Assembly (NCBI GenBank): GCA_002269645.1
Contig: NIVC01003273.1
Coordinates: forward strand, 43,825 to 107,824
Source: Macrostomum lignano
Lineage: Eukaryota
Length of the DNA stretch: 64,000 nt
Direction of reading: 5' to 3'
A program made the position numbers and the translations under genes. The notes under the pieces were generated by a model. It worked only from the letters and a program-made list of their open reading frames with translations. It did not search any database and had not been told where the DNA came from. This document shows, one piece after another, positions 51,953-64,000 of the stretch. Numbering within the stretch: the first letter of the stretch is position 1; every line of letters begins with the position of its first letter.

Positions 51953-52564
51953 ATGGGATTCAAGTCCAGCCCGTTGATCATCGACGCCCGCGGCCACCTG
52001 TTAGGCCGTCTGGCCGCAGTCGTAGCCAAGACGCTCCTTCTAGGCCAGCGCGTGGTGGTTGTCCGCTGCGAGGGCATCAACATCTCCGGGTCGTTCTTTC
52101 GCAACAAAACTCGCTACCACGAGTTCCTGCGCAAACGCTTGAACACTAAGCCTAGCCGCGGGCCCTATCATTTCCGTGCGCCGTCCAAGATTTTCTGGCG
52201 CACAGTGCGCGGTATGCTGCCGCACAAGCTGGCTAGGGGTGCCGAGGCTCTGGACCGTCTGAAAGTGTTCGAAGGCATTCCGAGCCCCTACGACAAGGCC
52301 AAGCGTCAGGTAGTGCCGTCCGCGCTCAAGTGTCTCCGATTGAAGACCCGTCGCAAGTTCTGCGTGCTCGGCCGCCTGTCGCACGAGGTCGGATGGAAAT
52401 ACCAAGGCGTTATTGGCACCCTAGAGCGCAGGCGTAAAGTGAAATCGGCTCACTTTCACAAGCGTCAGGTCCGGGATCGTCAGCTGCGCGCCAAAGCGAC
52501 CGAGAAGGTGAAGGATCGCGTGGCCAAGTATCAGAAGATTATCGAGTCCTACGGGCATAAGTGA
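51953..52564 (+). CDS. RPL13A: 60S ribosomal protein L13a (uL13), 203 aa, uninterrupted CDS
   Basis: [62 protein letters not shown] and [12 protein letters not shown]; full-length and intact. Confidence 0.98.
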   Translation: MGFKSSPLIIDARGHLLGRLAAVVAKTLLLGQRVVVVRCEGINISGSFFRNKTRYHEFLRKRLNTKPSRGPYHFRAPSKIFWRTVRGMLPHKLARGAEALDRLKVFEGIPSPYDKAKRQVVPSALKCLRLKTRRKFCVLGRLSHEVGWKYQGVIGTLERRRKVKSAHFHKRQVRDRQLRAKATEKVKDRVAKYQKIIESYGHK

Positions 52565-55500
52565 ACGGCGCTCTGTCCTGACCATTAAATAATCTGTTAA
52601 AATTGCATGGCAAGAGTGGATTAAGTAATAAAATTTGAACTGAGTCGGATGTTAAGCTTCGTATATTAGCCGTGCTGCCAGTCTTCTTGGAAGAAAAAAA
52701 TATTTCAGCCTTTGTCATGAACTTCTGTTTTGATGTCATTATTTTTATTTCCTAGTTGGCACTAATATTGCCAATAAAGTCAGTACATTATCCGTCAATT
52801 TAAAGCTTTCAATCAAGCTATATAGTAATCCGCGGCTAGTACTCGAGTAGAGTGCCTTATTCTTTGAAGCTTAAGCACACTTCCCAGAGTTTTAATACAA
52901 CCCAGAAGTCGCGGCTAGTGCAAGTATTGGTTTGTACGAGTACATGTATTTCGATCAATAAAGTCGGTGGGTAAGAAAATTAAATCTCTTTCTACTCGTT
53001 CCTTCTAATAGCTGGATAATTAGGATAATCTATATTTACACAAGGGTACACGATTACGTAATTGACAACAAGCATACCTTAATTAAAATAAGACGAAGTC
53101 AACTAATGGAAGATGGTTTTTTTCATTCAATTCTAGTTTGAAGCAGTTCTAAGGCTTGTACGAACGCACATGTAAATTTAAAAGCAAGCGTATACCTGAT
53201 TAAAAGGTTTAAGGTACTTCTGCGCTCTAAGTTTCAAGTGATCACTTGGACAATAAAACAATACCATGCTGACATTTGAAATCAACGTTAGGTAGCAGGT
53301 AACGTTATATAGAAGGTTCCTTGACTTTATTTCTCATAGATACGAGTAGATACCGGCAGACCATTTTTAGTATATTGGACATTAGTACTTAGTAGTAGGA
53401 TTCGTTCAGGGACTCAGGGACCTATTTATATGTCTCAACGAACGAGGGAAACACATGGGCCACACTAGAGGCCCAGGCATCTAGACTATTTCAACGAAGG
53501 GCTGTCTCAATACGGTGTTTGATTTTTTGTATTGGTAGATAATTTCTTGTGCAAGTAAGAGAAAAAATTAATTGTTAGAACTCAATCGGCTTTGCTTTTA
53601 TTTTCAAAGAATCTATCACAAAAAATGAAAAAAAATTGTTTTGGCTTGTACTCATAGAACCGCGCGAAAAATAAATTTATGAGAAAGTCTGTAGAATGAT
53701 TTACATAATACAAATTAATTAAAATTTCAGTGCTTACACAATTGAAGCAGCAGCTTAATGTGTCATAGCTCCTGACTTCGATTTTTACATTTTATTACTG
53801 GTTATTATATTTTTTTATTAAGTAGGTATTGTCCCTAAGAAAGTTACCATCTTAGAACTTCTTGTAGGCCTACTTATATTAGCAGTAATGTCGGTAATTA
53901 GGTTCCTATTTATTTCGTCACTTGCCATTTCATCATTTGCTATTTCGTCACCTGAAATTTCGTCATCTAGGGTGTCTATTACCTAACTTATTTATGTCCC
54001 TTCGTCATCCTAATTGGCATACACACTCCAGGGAGTCATTTCGTCATCTACTAGCTAGCCATCCCATGGACTTGTCAATTCCAAGCTTCCAAGCATATAA
54101 ACCTTGTATAAATTTTGTGTATGAATTCACTTCTTTATATAAATTTTAATGCTTACACTTAAGTCTCGGTGTACATTTCTTGTGTTCTGGCATTTCTCTT
54201 TTAATGCCGAAGATACACTAAAGAAGTGTCAAAATTTCTGGTTTGGACTTTGTCTTTAATTGTGTCTGTGTACATTTTTATCTGACATTAAAATGCTAGT
54301 CATCAATTTTAATGATTTCCATGATTGGTTGATAAGTAATAACAAATTAGGCTATTATAAGTATGCCTCTATTAGTATTTGATTTTTAATTATTGTATTT
54401 GGAAGCTTTTTAGTAGTTTTACCAAAGGCATAGGGTTTATAGTATTTAACATGGCTATATTCTACTTCTCAATTCATATATTCTATTAGAGTCTCACTGA
54501 GATCTTGATCTCAATCTCAAAATTTTGAGACAGCCTTTATTGGTCATTTTGAAAAATTTTCAAAATTTTGAAAATGGGCTTTGAATTTGAGAATAGTCAA
54601 ACAAGATTGAATTCAATATAGAAAATATAAAAATACTGTGAAGTGCAAAATAAAAAAATAAATAATGTATTGTCTAATGCATAATTAGGCCTAATACTTT
54701 TTGTTTGCTAGTATATTATTTAAAATTTTTCAATTAAAATATATTAGCATTCTATTTCTATTAAACAGATTATAATATAAGTTTTATCATTAAGCCTATT
54801 TTTTAAATGGAAAATACAAATTTTAGAGGCCTAGTGTTGTATGCCTAGGTTGTATGCCTAAGTTAAGGCCTAGGTTGTATTTTTTGCAAAAGGTATATTT
54901 TTAGCCTATAGTGTAGGCCTAGAGCCTAATAACTTTTTTGATAAGATTTGTTCTAGTGCAAGCATGCTATGATCTTGTTTTGCTTACCTAGTAGGCCATT
55001 AGGCCTATTAACCTTCAACCTATTTGTGGCATAAAATGGCATAGTCATAGTTAGTATTAGTGGCTTATTTCTGCATATTGCTATATTCTATATATTACTA
55101 AACTAAGGCAAGGTTTTTCTCTGATTGTTACTATTATTATATATATATGTAGCATTATATTAGACTATGCTATTCGAATATATTCTATTTCTAATGCTAT
55201 GCTATTAAAACTTTAAATATGCTATTTTACTTAATTTTTCCAAGATAATTTCATCTTGGCTATTACAAATAAAAATTTATTTGCTTACAGTATTTTATTA
55301 TAACTATTATCATTAATATATGCCTATTATTACATAATAATCATATAGTAAACCTTATCATATTGGCTTAACCTTCAAATTTGCTTTAAGTTGTTAATAA
55401 TATAACTTATTTACTATTTTTAATATAATATATAATTCTGAGTTAAATTATACAATAATCCATAGAAATAAAGACTCTCCGTGACAATATTTGCATTCTC

Positions 55501-55959
55501 CGGGATTTTATTTGGTAATATTCAATAATATCCCGTAAAGTCTTTATGTCTATGGTTTATACGAGATTACACATGCCTTTTTCGGGAGTTATTTTCATAA
55601 ATCCCTCGGCCCCCGTGATTTATACAAATAACTCCCTCAAAAGGCATGTTTAATCTGATACTTAAATATTTTTTTAAATATGGCCTGTCTATACTTCAAG
55701 GCTTTATCTTTTCCTATTGGGCAACTAAAGTCTACAAATTTTATAAATCCTCGTTTTTATTGCATGCTACAAATACAAGATTGACTCAATACTAGCCAGC
55801 TAAGGCTCTATATAAGAGCAATTTATCTCTTAATAATTTGTCAATTGCATTTTTTAGTAACAAACAAAAAAGGTCCAACAAAAAACAGCAATATGTCTTC
55901 CACCACAAAGACTCTTGCCACAGTTCCTGAAAACTTTGCACAACAGCCTGCACCAGTAA

Positions 55960-62386
<6,427 letters not shown>

Positions 62387-62439
62387 GTGAGCTCTCGGGT
62401 GGGACTGGATTGGGATCAAGGATTCTCGATTGCTAGGCC

Positions 62440-62945
62440 GCCCTCCCAGATCCTCAGTTGCTGCTAGGCCACCACCCCAGACCCCCAGTTGCTGGGCCAG
62501 CTTTCCAGACCCCCAGTTGCTGGGCCAGCTTTCCAGATCCCCAGTTGCTGGGCCAGCTTTCCAGATCTACAGTTGCTGGGCCAGCTTTCCAGATCCTCAG
62601 TTGCTGGGCCAGCCTCCCAGATCCTCAGTTGCTGGGCCAGCCTCCCAGATCCTCAGTTGCTGGGCCAGCCTCCCAGATCCTCAGTTGCTGGGCCAGCCTC
62701 CCAGATCCCCAGTTGCTGGGCCAGCCTCCCAGAGTGTCAGTTGCTGGACCAGCCTCCCAGATCCTTAGTTGCTGGGCCAGCCTCCCAGAGTGTCAGTTGC
62801 TGGGCCAGCCTCCCAGAGTGTCAGTTGCTGGACCAGCCTCCCAGATCCTTAGTTGCTGGGCCAGCCTCCTAGAGTGTCAGTTGCTGGGCCAGCCTCCCAG
62901 AGTGTCAGTTGCTAGGCCAGCCTCCCAGAGTGTCAGTTGCTGAGC
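62440..62945. repeat. 28-bp minisatellite (CCCAGATCCTCAGTTGCTGGGCCAGCCT)n, MARK intron
   Basis: About 18 units starting shortly after the donor at 62387. Confidence 0.95.
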
Positions 62946-63509
62946 AACCTAATTTACCTTACAAAATCCTCTTACAGGGCGGTCAGTCTCTAAAATCCCT
63001 AATTTAATAGCTAAAAGTCTATTTTTGTGCAACAGTTTGTATGCAGAAAGTGTCATAGAAATTTCTTCTTGTCGTCCTTAGTTCGGCCGGTTCGCTCAAC
63101 CCAAACGTGCAATTACTGAGGGGTGCAAATATAATTTTAGCTGTAGCAGAATCTGTGAATTTATTCCCTAAACTGCAAACTCATGCCGTATTCTTTGTCT
63201 CTTCTCTGATTGCCTCACTGCCTCTCTGTCAGACAGTCTGTCGCAGGCATCGTCTAAAGACATGACTGCCTTCTTGCGTGTTCGAGATAATTAAGCTGAG
63301 CAGACTGTGTGCTATTACTGATAGCTTTCCATCCAATTATTTATCTGTGTAGCTGGGCTGGCTTGGGGTGAGTTGTGGTGCAGCGACACAGGGTTTGAAT
63401 CGTGTCCACTGTAATCTTTTTTCATATGTTGTTTATCTTCATTATTAGTACGTGTCTATCTATTCTTTTTCAATATTGTTTGAAATTGTACCTTCTAGCG
63501 TTAGGTAAG

Positions 63510-64000
63510 TTGCTGTGTCTTCCTGTACTTGTGGTAGACTGCTGTATCCTCCTCCCTGTCCTGTGTGTAGACTGCTATACCTTCCTATCCTTGTCGTAGA
63601 CTGCTACCTTCCTGTCCTTGTGGTAGATGCTATGCCTTCCTGTCCTTGTGGTAGACTGCTATGTCTTCCTGTCCTTGTGGTAGACTGCTATGCCTTCCTG
63701 TCCTTGTGGTAGACTGCTATGTCTTCCTGTCCTTGTGGTAGACTGCTATGTCTTCCTGTCCTTGTGGTAGACTGCCTATACCTTCCTGTCCTTGTGGTAG
63801 ACTGCTATGCCTTCCTGTCCTTGTGGTAGACTGCTATGTCTTCCTGTCCTTGTGGTAGACTGCTATACCTTCCTGTCCTTGTGGTAGACTGCTATGCCTT
63901 CCTGTCCTTGTATTAGACCTGTAGCCTCATTGCTCTTGTGGTAGACGCTGTAACCTCTTCCTGTCCTTGTGGTAGACTGCTGTAGCTCCCTGTCCTTGTG
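63510..64000. repeat. 29-bp minisatellite (CTTCCTGTCCTTGTGGTAGACTGCTATGY)n
   Basis: Tandem units running to the window end. Confidence 0.94.

Noticed and set aside
48766-52405. Antisense or alternate-frame ORFs overlapping INTS13 and RPL13A (and likewise those over RNF141, TRAM1, MARK and the RTE element)
   Set aside because: These are expected shadows of GC-rich coding exons with no independent support.

Overview
Eukaryotic (metazoan) genomic DNA. GC-rich, Ala/Gln-rich exons, AT-rich intergenic DNA and satellite-filled introns suggest a free-living flatworm such as Macrostomum (inference, not proven). Six protein-coding genes lie on the + strand: RNF141-like RING protein, a DEG/ENaC (ASIC/FaNaC-like) channel, TRAM1, INTS13/Asunder, an intronless RPL13A, and the 5' part of a MARK/Par-1 kinase with an apparent 1-nt frameshift. 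Roughly a quarter of the window is minisatellite, and most arrays have their own unit and sit in or beside a single intron. Mobile DNA includes two 5'-truncated non-LTR retrotransposons, a decayed ~1.3 kb mariner, tRNA-derived SINEs, several MITEs with clear TSDs, and a possible foldback element with a BEN-domain-like remnant. The most unusual object is a 297-bp hAT-type MITE (TIR CATACATGCGCAAC, 8-bp TSD) inside an INTS13 intronic satellite. It carries a 64-nt copy of the 28S rRNA R2/I-PpoI target region in which exactly the 8 nt around the cleavage site are replaced by TTAATTAA. A second MITE with the same left terminus is an almost perfect hairpin, also sits in an intronic satellite, and is present in three copies. 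All exon boundaries and alignments were read by eye; no database searches were run.
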